Below, piece after piece: positions 21,687 to 31,200 of a stretch of DNA of 64,000 nucleotides (positions within the stretch are counted from its first letter, which is position 1; each line of letters begins with the position of its first letter). Under the pieces are notes generated by a model, which saw only the letters and a program-made list of their open reading frames with translations, was not told the origin of the DNA and did not search any database. This DNA is from an uncultured virus (IMG/VR IMGVR_UViG_3300027763_002034) (lineage: Duplodnaviria; Heunggongvirae; Uroviricota; Caudoviricetes): positions 1-64,000 of IMG/VR virus record IMGVR_UViG_3300027763_002034. One strand, given 5' to 3'. The translations under genes were made by a program, and so were the position numbers.

Positions 21687-23075
21687 ATGTCATATTTCCG
21701 TTCCTATTTTGAAAAGAATAATACTATTATTAAGGATTCACAGGTTAACACCGCAAAAAACCCTGCAACAGAGATTTTTTATGGTTCTTCATTTTCTAAA
21801 TTTTTATTTAAAGTTGACTTTACCGATTTAAAAAATAAAGTTAATAATGATGAATTAGTGGTAGATTCTAACACTAGACATACTTTACATTTAACAAATA
21901 CAATCTTTGGTGATGAGGGTCAAAAGGGTTTAAACAGAACTACCGGTAGAGACAGAACAAGTTCATTTGATTTAATATTATTTAAATTAGATCAATTTTG
22001 GGATGAAGGTTTAGGGTTTGATTATGCAGATTCTGGTTATGACTTTGTAACTGGAAATAGAACATTTGACGAAAGACCGTCAAACTGGTATTATAGAACA
22101 ACATTGAATCAATGGTCAACTGCAGGTGTATTTCATGACTCCCCAACAGTCATTTCAGGGTACACAGGTAATAAAATACATATGGATAATGGTGGTGAAA
22201 ACATTGATTTTGATATTACCGATTATGTAAATGGTATTATTACAGGTAATACAAATCATGGTTTAGGATTATCATTCGCTGTTGTTTATCAATATTTAAC
22301 ACCTGATAGAGACCAATCAGTAGCATTTTTTACCAAATACACACAAACATTCTTTGAACCATACGTTGACACACATTTTGAAGATACCATAATGGACGAT
22401 AGAAATAATTTTGTTGAGAAAGTATCACAGAATTTATATCTATACGTTACAAAAGGAACCAATTTTTATAATTTAGATTCAAACCCAACGGTTGACATAT
22501 TAAACTCTGACGGTGCTGTTATTACAGGTCTTTCAGGTTTAACCACAACATTAATTAGAAAAGGTATCTATAAGGTTACATTTACAATAACCACACCAGA
22601 ATGTGACGGAAAGAAATTCTTTACTGACCATTGGAAAGGTGTTATTTTAGATGGTAATACAATTTCTGGTGGAGTAAGACAAAAGTTCATTCCAAAACCA
22701 TATACCGCCGGATTTACGGTAGGTGAAAATCAAACAGAATTACAAAGGTATGCCATTCAATTTTTTGGAATTAAACAAAATGAAAAAATAGTAAGTGGTG
22801 AAATAAGAAAAGTAGTTATTACATTTAAATCTATTGACGTACCTAAAACGGTATTGTTAGATGAGGTTTATTATAGAATTTATATCGAAGAAGGTGCGAC
22901 TCAAGTAATTGTACACGATTGGACGTTATTAGATAAAACGAATGAAAACTCATTTCAATTAGATAGTTCTTATTTAATACCAAGACAGTATTTCCTACAG
23001 ATTAAAGGAAAAACTCACACTGAAGAGATATACTATAAAGAATCAATAAATTTTGAAATCGTATCAGAAAAATAA
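21687..23075 (+). CDS. Virion structural protein (beta-rich, DNRLRE-like N-terminal domain)
   Basis: WDEG.G, FDITDYV, NHGLGL, FFTKYTQTFFEPY pattern; late-type motif upstream. Confidence 0.55.
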   Translation: MSYFRSYFEKNNTIIKDSQVNTAKNPATEIFYGSSFSKFLFKVDFTDLKNKVNNDELVVDSNTRHTLHLTNTIFGDEGQKGLNRTTGRDRTSSFDLILFKLDQFWDEGLGFDYADSGYDFVTGNRTFDERPSNWYYRTTLNQWSTAGVFHDSPTVISGYTGNKIHMDNGGENIDFDITDYVNGIITGNTNHGLGLSFAVVYQYLTPDRDQSVAFFTKYTQTFFEPYVDTHFEDTIMDDRNNFVEKVSQNLYLYVTKGTNFYNLDSNPTVDILNSDGAVITGLSGLTTTLIRKGIYKVTFTITTPECDGKKFFTDHWKGVILDGNTISGGVRQKFIPKPYTAGFTVGENQTELQRYAIQFFGIKQNEKIVSGEIRKVVITFKSIDVPKTVLLDEVYYRIYIEEGATQVIVHDWTLLDKTNENSFQLDSSYLIPRQYFLQIKGKTHTEEIYYKESINFEIVSEK

Positions 23076-23088
23076 AGTATTTATTAAT

Positions 23089-23745
23089 ATGAAGAAAATT
23101 ATAATCAGCGAAGCTCAATTAAAGAAAATAATTGAAAGTCAAACAACTGAAAACTATATGTTTTTTGGTAATTTACAACAAATACATAGACAATGTGAAA
23201 TGTTGATGAAAATGAATCCACAAGAATTGGATAACATTATTAAAAATGGTCACGATTGGGCGGACGATCACGTATCTGAGGCGAAGAACAATATGGACCA
23301 AGTTTTTGATTTCTTCATGAATGAAACTAAAAGTAAAGATAAACAAGATGTAACTGCTGACGTGGATCAGTTTAGTATGAACGAAGAAGGACAACTTGAC
23401 GAAAAATGTTGGGATGGTTACAAACAAGTTGGTAGTAAGAAAAAAGGTGGAAAAATGGTACCAAATTGTGTACCTGTAAGTGAAGCAAAAAATCTTACAC
23501 AACAAGCCGCTATTGCAATTGCTATGAAAAAAGCCGGTAAGAAACCTAAGAATGAATCAGAAAAGGAAATGTATGAAGCTATGGAAATAGATGAAAGTAA
23601 GAATTGTCCAACAGACCCTGCAAAATGGGCAGCATCTAAAGCTAAAGCTAAATCAAAATTTGACGTATACCCCTCAGCTTATGCAAATGGATTCGCGGCA
23701 AAAGATTATAAAGCAAAAGGTGGTGGTTGGAGAAAATGTAAATAG
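23089..23745 (+). CDS. Probable internal head polyprotein of small basic modules
   Basis: MKKIIISEAQLKKIIE leader; modules CWDGY..VPNCVP, AAIAIAMKK, FDVYPSAYA each after (L/I/V)xE. Confidence 0.6.
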   Translation: MKKIIISEAQLKKIIESQTTENYMFFGNLQQIHRQCEMLMKMNPQELDNIIKNGHDWADDHVSEAKNNMDQVFDFFMNETKSKDKQDVTADVDQFSMNEEGQLDEKCWDGYKQVGSKKKGGKMVPNCVPVSEAKNLTQQAAIAIAMKKAGKKPKNESEKEMYEAMEIDESKNCPTDPAKWAASKAKAKSKFDVYPSAYANGFAAKDYKAKGGGWRKCK

Positions 23746-24507
23746 ATGAATTTAGAAGAGAACATACAAAGGATTAGACAAATGATGATTTCTGAGGAGA
23801 TGGTACAATCTGATGCTTGGAAATCTTTAAAGAAAACATTGGATGTTCTTAAAAAGAAGAAAAAAGTTTTATTATTAAGTTGTTCTAATAGACACAATTG
23901 GGACAAAAATGATATTGATATACCAAAATCTAAAATGATTGCAATGTACCTTAATGAAGAATTAGGTGATAACTCAACATTAATGGACGTTTCAGAACTA
24001 AATATTGTTCCTTGTGAGGGTAATGTATCAAGAAAAGATGGTAATAGTTGCGGTTTATTAAAGGCAAAACTTAAGGATAAAGATAAAAACCCAACTGGTC
24101 ATCATAGATGTTGGGCCAGTGTTAATAACCCTAAAGATGAACTTTGGAAAATAAGTAAAGAATTGTTTGAATCCGATGCTGTGATATTCCTTAGTTCTGT
24201 TAGATGGGGACAAACAAATATGTTTTACCAAAATCTAATTGAACGTCTAACTTGGATAGAAAATAGACACACAGCGTTAGGTGAATCTAATTTAGTTAAA
24301 GATATTGAAACTGGATTTATATGTACGGGACAAAATTTTAACGGTGTTAATGTTAATGATTTACAAAAGAAAGTTCATGAATTTTACGGTTTCAAAACAA
24401 ATGACGATTTATATTGGAATTGGCAATATACTAAAAATGTAAATGATGAATCATTAAAATCATATAAAGATTCTCACAAAAAATTTATAAAAGATACTAA
24501 ATTATAA
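23746..24507 (+). CDS. Flavodoxin-fold NAD(P)H-dependent FMN reductase / iron-sulfur flavoprotein-like
   Basis: LLLSCSNR, PCEG..C..C, DELWKI..ESDAVIF..VRWG..LIERL. Confidence 0.75.
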   Translation: MNLEENIQRIRQMMISEEMVQSDAWKSLKKTLDVLKKKKKVLLLSCSNRHNWDKNDIDIPKSKMIAMYLNEELGDNSTLMDVSELNIVPCEGNVSRKDGNSCGLLKAKLKDKDKNPTGHHRCWASVNNPKDELWKISKELFESDAVIFLSSVRWGQTNMFYQNLIERLTWIENRHTALGESNLVKDIETGFICTGQNFNGVNVNDLQKKVHEFYGFKTNDDLYWNWQYTKNVNDESLKSYKDSHKKFIKDTKL

Positions 24508-24508
24508 T

Positions 24509-24787
24509 ATGAGAATAATAATAACTGAAGACCAAAAAAATACAATTATGAATAGTAATAATTGGGAGGAAGTAAGTGGTAAACTAATTAAAACATTTTA
24601 TTTTAAAGATTATAAGGAGGTTATGTCATTTGCGAATGAGGTGATGAAAATTGCCAACAAACAAAATCATCACCCCGATATGACGGTTCATTATGATAAT
24701 GTAAAGTTATCAATTACAGACCACGATAAGGGTAAGGTGTCCGATAAGTGTCATAAATTTGTTAATGAGGTAAATAAAATTATATAA
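24509..24787 (+). CDS. phhB: Pterin-4-alpha-carbinolamine dehydratase
   Basis: F.FKDY, A.KQNHHPD, ITDHD.G.VS. Confidence 0.9.
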   Translation: MRIIITEDQKNTIMNSNNWEEVSGKLIKTFYFKDYKEVMSFANEVMKIANKQNHHPDMTVHYDNVKLSITDHDKGKVSDKCHKFVNEVNKII

Positions 24788-24788
24788 C

Positions 24789-25541
24789 ATGAAAATTATT
24801 GTTTCAAAGGAAGATAAAGAATATATAAACGAATGTCTTAAATCAGGTGAGGTTTTAAAAGAAGATCTTACAAGGTGGTTTAAAGAGAAGTGGGTAGATG
24901 TTAGTAAAAAGGTAGATGGTAAACACCCACCTTGTGGTAGAAAAGATGCCGATGGTAAATCATATCCTAAATGTCGTCCATCTAAGAAAGTTTCAAAAGA
25001 AACACCAAAAGTTGCATCTTCATATGATAAAAAAGAAAAGAAGGCTATGACATCACAAAAAAGAAGAGCCGAAAAGAAAGACCCAAAAGTAGGTAAGGGT
25101 AATAAACCAACAATGACTAAATTTGATGAGAGTATGAAAAAAAGAACAATAATTCAAATATCTGAAGAACAATTCCAAAGATTATTTGAATACAACGAAG
25201 AAACTCCCGTATTAATATATGAAGATGAGGACGGTTCCGTTGAAAACACCAATTTTGAATATAACGGTGGTTTATTAAATGAAGCAGAATACCAAGGACG
25301 TAAAGTTCAATTAGGTAAAATCATGCAAGGTGATGTAAAGAAATCAAAAGTATATGTTAAAAACGACAAAGGTAAAGTCGTTAAGGTTAATTTTGGATTT
25401 GGTGGTAAATCTGCCAAAGGTAAAAGAATGGTTATTAAGAAAAATAACCCTGCAAGACGTAAATCATTCAGGGCACGTATGAATTGTGATAATCCAGGTC
25501 CACGTTGGAAACCAAGATATTGGGCCTGTCGTAGCTGGTAA
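24789..25541 (+). CDS. Probable internal head polyprotein (two basic domains)
   Basis: LKE/DLTRWFKEKW..CGR..YPKCRP and LNE/AEYQGRKV..RRKSFRARMNC..YWAC modules. Confidence 0.6.
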   Translation: MKIIVSKEDKEYINECLKSGEVLKEDLTRWFKEKWVDVSKKVDGKHPPCGRKDADGKSYPKCRPSKKVSKETPKVASSYDKKEKKAMTSQKRRAEKKDPKVGKGNKPTMTKFDESMKKRTIIQISEEQFQRLFEYNEETPVLIYEDEDGSVENTNFEYNGGLLNEAEYQGRKVQLGKIMQGDVKKSKVYVKNDKGKVVKVNFGFGGKSAKGKRMVIKKNNPARRKSFRARMNCDNPGPRWKPRYWACRSW

Positions 25542-25847
25542 TTATATTAATTTTTGATTTGATATGAAATATATCCTATCTGACGCATACAGACCTTTAG
25601 GGTGTGCCTCTTTCTTTTCCACTAACTTACCCATTTGAATCAATTGAGAGTGATTTTTGAGGTCTATACCCACCAAAAACCGACCTCCTTCCTTTTCGTA
25701 GGTTGTCTCACGGATATACTTACCCTCATCGTCCATTTTAAGGTATTCAATCATCACATCTTTCTTGTTTTTACAAGAAATCCCCCTCTCATCAATGAGT
25801 TTGGTTAATACGTCCAATCTTAATATTTCATAGTTAATTTCTGACAT
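25542..25847 (-). CDS. Small protein with SAP/HeH-like DNA-binding motif
   Basis: YEILRLDVLTKLIDERGISCKNKKDVMIEYLK; start moved to ATG 25847 after a Bacteroidota-type promoter. Confidence 0.55.
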   Translation of the reverse strand: MSEINYEILRLDVLTKLIDERGISCKNKKDVMIEYLKMDDEGKYIRETTYEKEGGRFLVGIDLKNHSQLIQMGKLVEKKEAHPKGLYASDRIYFISNQKLI

Positions 25848-25852
25848 AATAG

Positions 25853-25884
25853 CAAATATAAGTAATATTCTGGAATATCCCAAA
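25853..25884 (-). promoter_or_regulatory. Bacteroidota-type housekeeping promoter (-33 TTTG / -7 TATATTTG)
   Basis: TTTG-N20-TATATTTG on minus strand. Confidence 0.7.
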
Positions 25885-25885
25885 A

Positions 25886-25919
25886 ATAAAAAACCCCCGT
25901 ATTTCTACGAGGGTCTTTT
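25886..25919 (-). terminator. Intrinsic terminator after major capsid gene
   Basis: ACCCCCGTA-TTTC-TACGAGGGT flanked by A-run and T-run. Confidence 0.75.
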
Positions 25920-25937
25920 GTATTGTGAATCCTAAGA

Positions 25938-27677
25938 TTATCTTAATGTATTCATATCAAATGTTGCAATACCTTGTACATCGATGATACCAAAGTAACG
26001 GTTGTTCACCATTTTCTTTGCGTAACGAGTCATGATACCTTTGATAGGAGTCATTGTGAAAGGATTGTACATTGTTGGAGTCAATTGTAATGGCACATAT
26101 GGTGCGTATACATAACCTGCATCCAATAAAGATTTTCCTTTATGACCAATCAAGATTTTGTTAGCTGGGAAGTAAGGATCACGGTATACTTGGTAGCGAC
26201 CTGCCAAAGAACCGATTTTCTCAATACCCATGTTGTAAGAATCTTGCTCAGGAGCTGCGTTTGATACGTGGAAATATTCCAAATCATCAAATACTGCAGA
26301 AACTTCAGAAGAAACTACAATCCAGTTAGCACCACCTCTTAAGGTTGTTTTATGGATTTGAGCTGAAATTTGGTTAACTTTAGTAACTAAAGTTTGGTTC
26401 CAGTCTTTTTGTGTGTAACCTTGTAAAGTTGCACCACCAGTTCCACCGTATTTCCACTCATTGTAATCCCATTTAGATTTCCATGCTGCACCTTTACGTA
26501 AATCACGTAAGATTTCACGGTCAACTTCAGCTGCAATTTGCTCTGATAATAAAGCTGTTAATTCAGCTTCAGCATCAATGTTGTGGAATGCACTAACGTC
26601 TTGAGCCAATTCAGGAGACCAGCTAGCTCTTAATTTTCTTTCAGTTACAGAAACTGTTACTGATTCTAAATCAAAAGAAACCTCACCAATTTGATCTTCA
26701 AATTCTAAAGTTGCATAACGACGATAAGTCGCTGTAAAGTCATCACCTTGTAATGTTGTAACTGTAATTTCCGTATCTGCAAAACCTTCAGTTGAACTGT
26801 AAGTTTGTAAATCAACATTTAAGTAGATTGTACCAGCTTCATCGCAAATATCATTGAATAAGTTACCGTTTGTACCTGCAGATTTTTGTCCGTAAGATAC
26901 GATACCTTTACCATATTTTTGAGTTACAACGTTGAAAGGTAAGAAAGTTCTACCACTTAACGCATTTGCACGAGGTGCAGTGATTGTTAATGAAGCTAAA
27001 AACTCTTCTGTATCCATTTCGTTACCGTCTGGACCAGCTAATTTACCTTGACCTAATCTAGAGAAACCTGTTAACTTTAAGATAACTGATGAAACATCGG
27101 TACCTGTAGCGATAGTTACTGCGTTACTTTCAACACCATTTGCAAAAGTTACAATAGATGTACCAGTTAAAGAAACATCAGTGAATGAACCTTTTGAATA
27201 ATCAAAAAGACCTTCACCTACTGCGTCACTACCTTCGTAGAAACGATCGTAAAGATTCTTAGCACCTGTGTCATAACCTTGACTTGTTGCACCTGTATTT
27301 GGATATCCATAAGGAGAATAGTGATTATTACTATTATCTCTTTCTTGGATTTTAGGTACGAAGAAGAACAATTTACCAATTGGTAAGTTCATTGCTTGTA
27401 CTGATACGATGTCATTCGCTAATAATTTAGAGAATACACGACGGATGATAGGGAAAACTACAGTTTCAAAAGAACCTGAAGAATCTGCTACTGCCGCTTC
27501 GTTAATCAAATATGACGCTTGGTTTTCATACAATTGCGCGATATTATCTTTTTGGTGACCTTCTAAGTTTTCTAAGAAACCTAATTCGTCCCATTTTTTA
27601 ATGGTATCTTCCTTGATAACACGTAAATGTTTTAATCCGATGTTACCAACCATACCTGATTCTAATAATGCTCCCAT
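25938..27677 (-). CDS. Major capsid protein, T4 gp23-like
   Basis: VSVQAMNLP.G, RKLRASWSPELAQD..AFHNIDAEAELT.LLSEQIAAEVDREI, YAPYVPL, IMTRYA. Confidence 0.97.
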   Translation of the reverse strand: MGALLESGMVGNIGLKHLRVIKEDTIKKWDELGFLENLEGHQKDNIAQLYENQASYLINEAAVADSSGSFETVVFPIIRRVFSKLLANDIVSVQAMNLPIGKLFFFVPKIQERDNSNNHYSPYGYPNTGATSQGYDTGAKNLYDRFYEGSDAVGEGLFDYSKGSFTDVSLTGTSIVTFANGVESNAVTIATGTDVSSVILKLTGFSRLGQGKLAGPDGNEMDTEEFLASLTITAPRANALSGRTFLPFNVVTQKYGKGIVSYGQKSAGTNGNLFNDICDEAGTIYLNVDLQTYSSTEGFADTEITVTTLQGDDFTATYRRYATLEFEDQIGEVSFDLESVTVSVTERKLRASWSPELAQDVSAFHNIDAEAELTALLSEQIAAEVDREILRDLRKGAAWKSKWDYNEWKYGGTGGATLQGYTQKDWNQTLVTKVNQISAQIHKTTLRGGANWIVVSSEVSAVFDDLEYFHVSNAAPEQDSYNMGIEKIGSLAGRYQVYRDPYFPANKILIGHKGKSLLDAGYVYAPYVPLQLTPTMYNPFTMTPIKGIMTRYAKKMVNNRYFGIIDVQGIATFDMNTLR

Positions 27678-27702
27678 TTTTAAAATATTTTGTTTTTTTA
27701 GT

Positions 27703-28935
27703 TTATTTTATTTTTGTCATCAAATCTTTCATTCTTTTGAACTGTGGATTTTCGTAAGCTTTTGACTCAGCTAAAACCTCAGTAGAAGTAGATGTTGATG
27801 GCATGTTAGTGATTTTTTCAGCCACTGATTCAGTTACAGTTGTTTTAGTACCTAATTCAGTTTTTATTGTGTTGAATAAAGTTTTAGCTTCATTCATAGA
27901 GGAAATAGAATCAAATCTCTTTAAAATATTCAATTTCTCTTGTTTTGTTGTAGAATGTTCAGTGAATAAACGAGTAGCGTAAGCTAAGTTTGCGTTGAAT
28001 ACAGCAACTTCATTAAGCTTGTCTTTGAAAAGAATTAAAGCTTTCTTGTATTCAGAATTTTGTTTCTTCAACTTTTCAACTTCTTCGTTCATTTCATGAC
28101 GACCTGCTTTATATTTTTTACCTTGGTCAGCTGGCTTTCTAACATCGTTACCCAATGTTCTTGCCGCTTCACCAACTTCAACTTCTTTAGCTTCACCTTC
28201 AGAAGCTTCTACTTCCTTAACTTCATCTTCGTCTTCACCTAACTCAATTTCATATAAAGTTTCATCCATATCTGTTTCGTCAGAAGTTTCGTCAGTTTCA
28301 GTATCTAAATCTGCGTCCATTTCAGAACCCATATCAGTATCTAAATCTGTGTCCATATCTGCATCAACATCAGGAGTTTCCTCACTATCAAGTTTGATGA
28401 TATACTCATCTTGACCGTCAGCAAATTCAACGTTATTACCATCTTTCTTAACTACAATACCATCTTCTGGTTTCATAGCCTTGAAAACTTTAAGAACCTC
28501 ATCATCTGAAGCTCCTGTCATGTCCATAACGTCTTCGTCATCCATACCTTCTTCTGGAGATGGTTCAGTACCTAAATCATCCATAGATGTGTCGGTATCG
28601 TCACCAGCTTCAGAATCTAAGTCATCGATTCCTTTACTTGGTTCATTATCGAGGTCTGTGTCATCATCTTCAACATCAGTGTCAGCATCTTCACCATCGG
28701 TGTCAGCTTCATCATCTGTTGTTACATCATCTTCCTCTTCGTCAGGTTTAGTTTCGTCTTCAGGTTGTTCACCCATTGGATCTAACTTCTCCTCTTCTTC
28801 TAACGATTCTTTAAGCAAGTCGCTTAGTTCTTGTTTCATTGTTGAAGCAAGTATACCTTTTGCATTTTGCTTAACAGCTTCTTCAAGGTTTTGCACTTGA
28901 AGTAACGCTTGTTCTAAAATAGATTTTTCGCTCAT
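27703..28935 (-). CDS. Prohead core/scaffold protein (gp22-like)
   Basis: Highly acidic centre, coiled-coil C-terminus, between protease and capsid. Confidence 0.8.
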   Translation of the reverse strand: MSEKSILEQALLQVQNLEEAVKQNAKGILASTMKQELSDLLKESLEEEEKLDPMGEQPEDETKPDEEEDDVTTDDEADTDGEDADTDVEDDDTDLDNEPSKGIDDLDSEAGDDTDTSMDDLGTEPSPEEGMDDEDVMDMTGASDDEVLKVFKAMKPEDGIVVKKDGNNVEFADGQDEYIIKLDSEETPDVDADMDTDLDTDMGSEMDADLDTETDETSDETDMDETLYEIELGEDEDEVKEVEASEGEAKEVEVGEAARTLGNDVRKPADQGKKYKAGRHEMNEEVEKLKKQNSEYKKALILFKDKLNEVAVFNANLAYATRLFTEHSTTKQEKLNILKRFDSISSMNEAKTLFNTIKTELGTKTTVTESVAEKITNMPSTSTSTEVLAESKAYENPQFKRMKDLMTKIK

Positions 28936-29023
28936 TTGTAAAATTTGTTGTTTTATTACCTTATAAATACTTGGAAATTTGGAAAAATTGACTATTTCAA
29001 TATTCCCACCCCTAATAAATTAA

Positions 29024-29707
29024 TTATTTAGATAGAAATGTATCTAATCTACCCATTAGTTTTTTCATTCTGTCCTCAACTACGGGTTTTTCAATTGTAG
29101 ATTCTTGATATTGGTCTCTTTCAGATGGGTCACTAAAAACATATGCACCAGGTGTAGATGGAGATGAAACTAAATCAAAACAAACTAATTCAAAGTCGTC
29201 TTGTACAATGTTCTCACCTTTAACTTGTTTAAGTGAACCTACTCCACGTGAAGAGATACCCAAAGTTGCTCCGTTCATTAATAACATAGCCGCTTGGTCT
29301 CCTTTGGTAGAAACAATACCCATCTTCTTCCAACCTGGCGAAGTGAATAGTTTTATCTTACCCATAAGGATTTTACCATCCCACCATGTTTCTAGAATTG
29401 AATGTGAAATTCTATCTAAATCGATAAGTGAAGATGTTGGGTGATTTAATTCATTTAAAGCTCCACCCTTCTTAATAATTGTTTGGTATTTTTCGTTTTC
29501 TCTCTTAAGTAACATCTCAGGATAAATCCTTCCGTTCTTATTCGGAGTGTCGTATTTTTGTAAAACAGCATAAAGAATCATGTCCTGTGAAAAGTCCATG
29601 TTCTTCATTTCTGAAATTATTTTTTTATTCTCTTCTGGAGATACGTGACCAGCATCATACTCAATTAATAATCCTCTGCCGGTTTCTTTTGGTCCTAATA
29701 CCTTCAT
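29024..29707 (-). CDS. Prohead protease, T4 gp21-like
   Basis: NKNGRIYP, ELNHP, GISSRGVGS, FDLVSSPSTPGA. Confidence 0.95.
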   Translation of the reverse strand: MKVLGPKETGRGLLIEYDAGHVSPEENKKIISEMKNMDFSQDMILYAVLQKYDTPNKNGRIYPEMLLKRENEKYQTIIKKGGALNELNHPTSSLIDLDRISHSILETWWDGKILMGKIKLFTSPGWKKMGIVSTKGDQAAMLLMNGATLGISSRGVGSLKQVKGENIVQDDFELVCFDLVSSPSTPGAYVFSDPSERDQYQESTIEKPVVEDRMKKLMGRLDTFLSK

Positions 29708-29745
29708 TTATAGTTTTTATTACTATAAATACATCAATATCTAAC

Positions 29746-30171
29746 TTATTTCTTTGTTTTGTAAAAATTGAATAGTTTTTTATCAGATAACCCTTCATCT
29801 ATGATATGTTCGAATAAATCATTAATGATTATTTTAACATCTTTTGATTTAATGTCGAATTGATTGTTAACATATAATGTTACCTCCAAATTCATAAAGG
29901 ACCTCTTTTCTAACTTAATCCCTTTAGTTCTAACATCTAAATCTACAATAGATTGGTCTTTAAAATACGGACTTTTTAAGTTGTAAATTATTTCTTTAAT
30001 CTTTCTTCTTGATTTTCCAATCAAATGGTTGAAGTCGTCCGTTTCGTTTTCGGGTTGTAACCACGAATTTAATTTAAGATATATGGTTTTCAGATTTTTA
30101 AAATCTACGGTACCATAACCGATTTTTACTTCATTGTACGTTCCCAATGGAATATACTTACCAATTTTCAT
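29746..30171 (-). CDS. Hypothetical protein in head module
   Basis: 141-aa ORF. Confidence 0.65.
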   Translation of the reverse strand: MKIGKYIPLGTYNEVKIGYGTVDFKNLKTIYLKLNSWLQPENETDDFNHLIGKSRRKIKEIIYNLKSPYFKDQSIVDLDVRTKGIKLEKRSFMNLEVTLYVNNQFDIKSKDVKIIINDLFEHIIDEGLSDKKLFNFYKTKK

Positions 30172-30225
30172 TATAATTTCATATTATTTTTATTTTATGG
30201 TGTTTTATAAAAAATAAATAAAATA

Positions 30226-30270
30226 TTTGATTATTCCAAAAATACTTTCATATATTTGTAATATATTTAT
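30226..30270 (+). promoter_or_regulatory. Host-type promoter (TTTG-N21-TATATTTG) plus TATTTAT motif upstream of bS21
   Basis: TTTG 30226-29, TATATTTG 30251-58, TATTTAT 30264-70. Confidence 0.6.
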
Positions 30271-30276
30271 TTATAT

Positions 30277-30468
30277 ATGATTATAATTGATTTACAAAAA
30301 GAGAAAAGTATTGAGACTGCGTTAAGAACTTATAAACAAAAAGTTCAGAAAACAAAACAAGTTCAAAAATTAAGGGAGAGACAACAGTTTGTTAAACCTT
30401 CTGTTAAGAAAAGAACTGAAAAATTGAAAGCGGTATATCTACAACAAAAAAGAAATGGACTTAGTTAA
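30277..30468 (+). CDS. rpsU: Ribosomal protein bS21
   Basis: SIETALRTYKQKV..LRERQQFVKPSVKKR matches bS21 consensus. Confidence 0.92.
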   Translation: MIIIDLQKEKSIETALRTYKQKVQKTKQVQKLRERQQFVKPSVKKRTEKLKAVYLQQKRNGLS

Positions 30469-30480
30469 GTCCATTTTTTA
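30446..30480. terminator. Bidirectional terminator hairpin in the overlap of convergent genes
   Basis: AAATGGACTT-AGTT-AAGTCCATTT flanked by A- and T-runs. Confidence 0.6.
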
Positions 30481-31198
30481 ATTCTGTTAATCTGTAATAA
30501 TTTAATTTGGATGGGAACATTTCGTTAACCTCATCTTTCACTTTCTTTAATTTAGTTGATAAATCAGTTTCATTTGATTCACTTATAAGTGTAGATACTT
30601 GATTGATAATAGATTCCTTTAATTCAGTTGTTTTAGTTAATACATCTTCATGAGATAAAGAAAGGATGTTCTTTAACTCTTCTTTTTGTTGTTCCGATAA
30701 TGTATTAGAATAAAGAACATTAAAGTTATTTGTTAAAACGGCATTTAATAAATTTTCATTTGGGATTAATGTTGAATCTTTAGATTCCTTTATTTCCTTT
30801 TTAGTTGTTAAATGTTCTACTAATTTCTTCTTTGCAATTACTTTCTTTTCAATATTAGATAATTTATCGTTTTCTATTAATACGTCTAAAGAACTATAAA
30901 TTTCATTTTCATTAATTGTCTCTACATTAATCATTTTATTTAATGATGTACAAAATGTTGTTAAATCTTCCATTTGTTGTTTTAAGATTCCAATAACCCC
31001 CTCGACATATAATTTTGCAGTTTCTTTATCTTCAATATATTTGTTTTCAATTTCTTCATAGAACAAATACATTTCTTTAAAATCTTTGTTTTCTTTAATT
31101 GTAGTTAGTATATCCTTTATCTCGGCTTTATTTTCATTAGCGTAAGACTCAGTTAATTTAGTTAATAATTTACTTTTTATTGTTCCGAATTTGTTCAT
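30461..31198 (-). CDS. Hypothetical helical head-module protein
   Basis: 245-aa ORF directly downstream of portal. Confidence 0.65.
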   Translation of the reverse strand: MNKFGTIKSKLLTKLTESYANENKAEIKDILTTIKENKDFKEMYLFYEEIENKYIEDKETAKLYVEGVIGILKQQMEDLTTFCTSLNKMINVETINENEIYSSLDVLIENDKLSNIEKKVIAKKKLVEHLTTKKEIKESKDSTLIPNENLLNAVLTNNFNVLYSNTLSEQQKEELKNILSLSHEDVLTKTTELKESIINQVSTLISESNETDLSTKLKKVKDEVNEMFPSKLNYYRLTELKNGLN

Positions 31199-31200
31199 TT

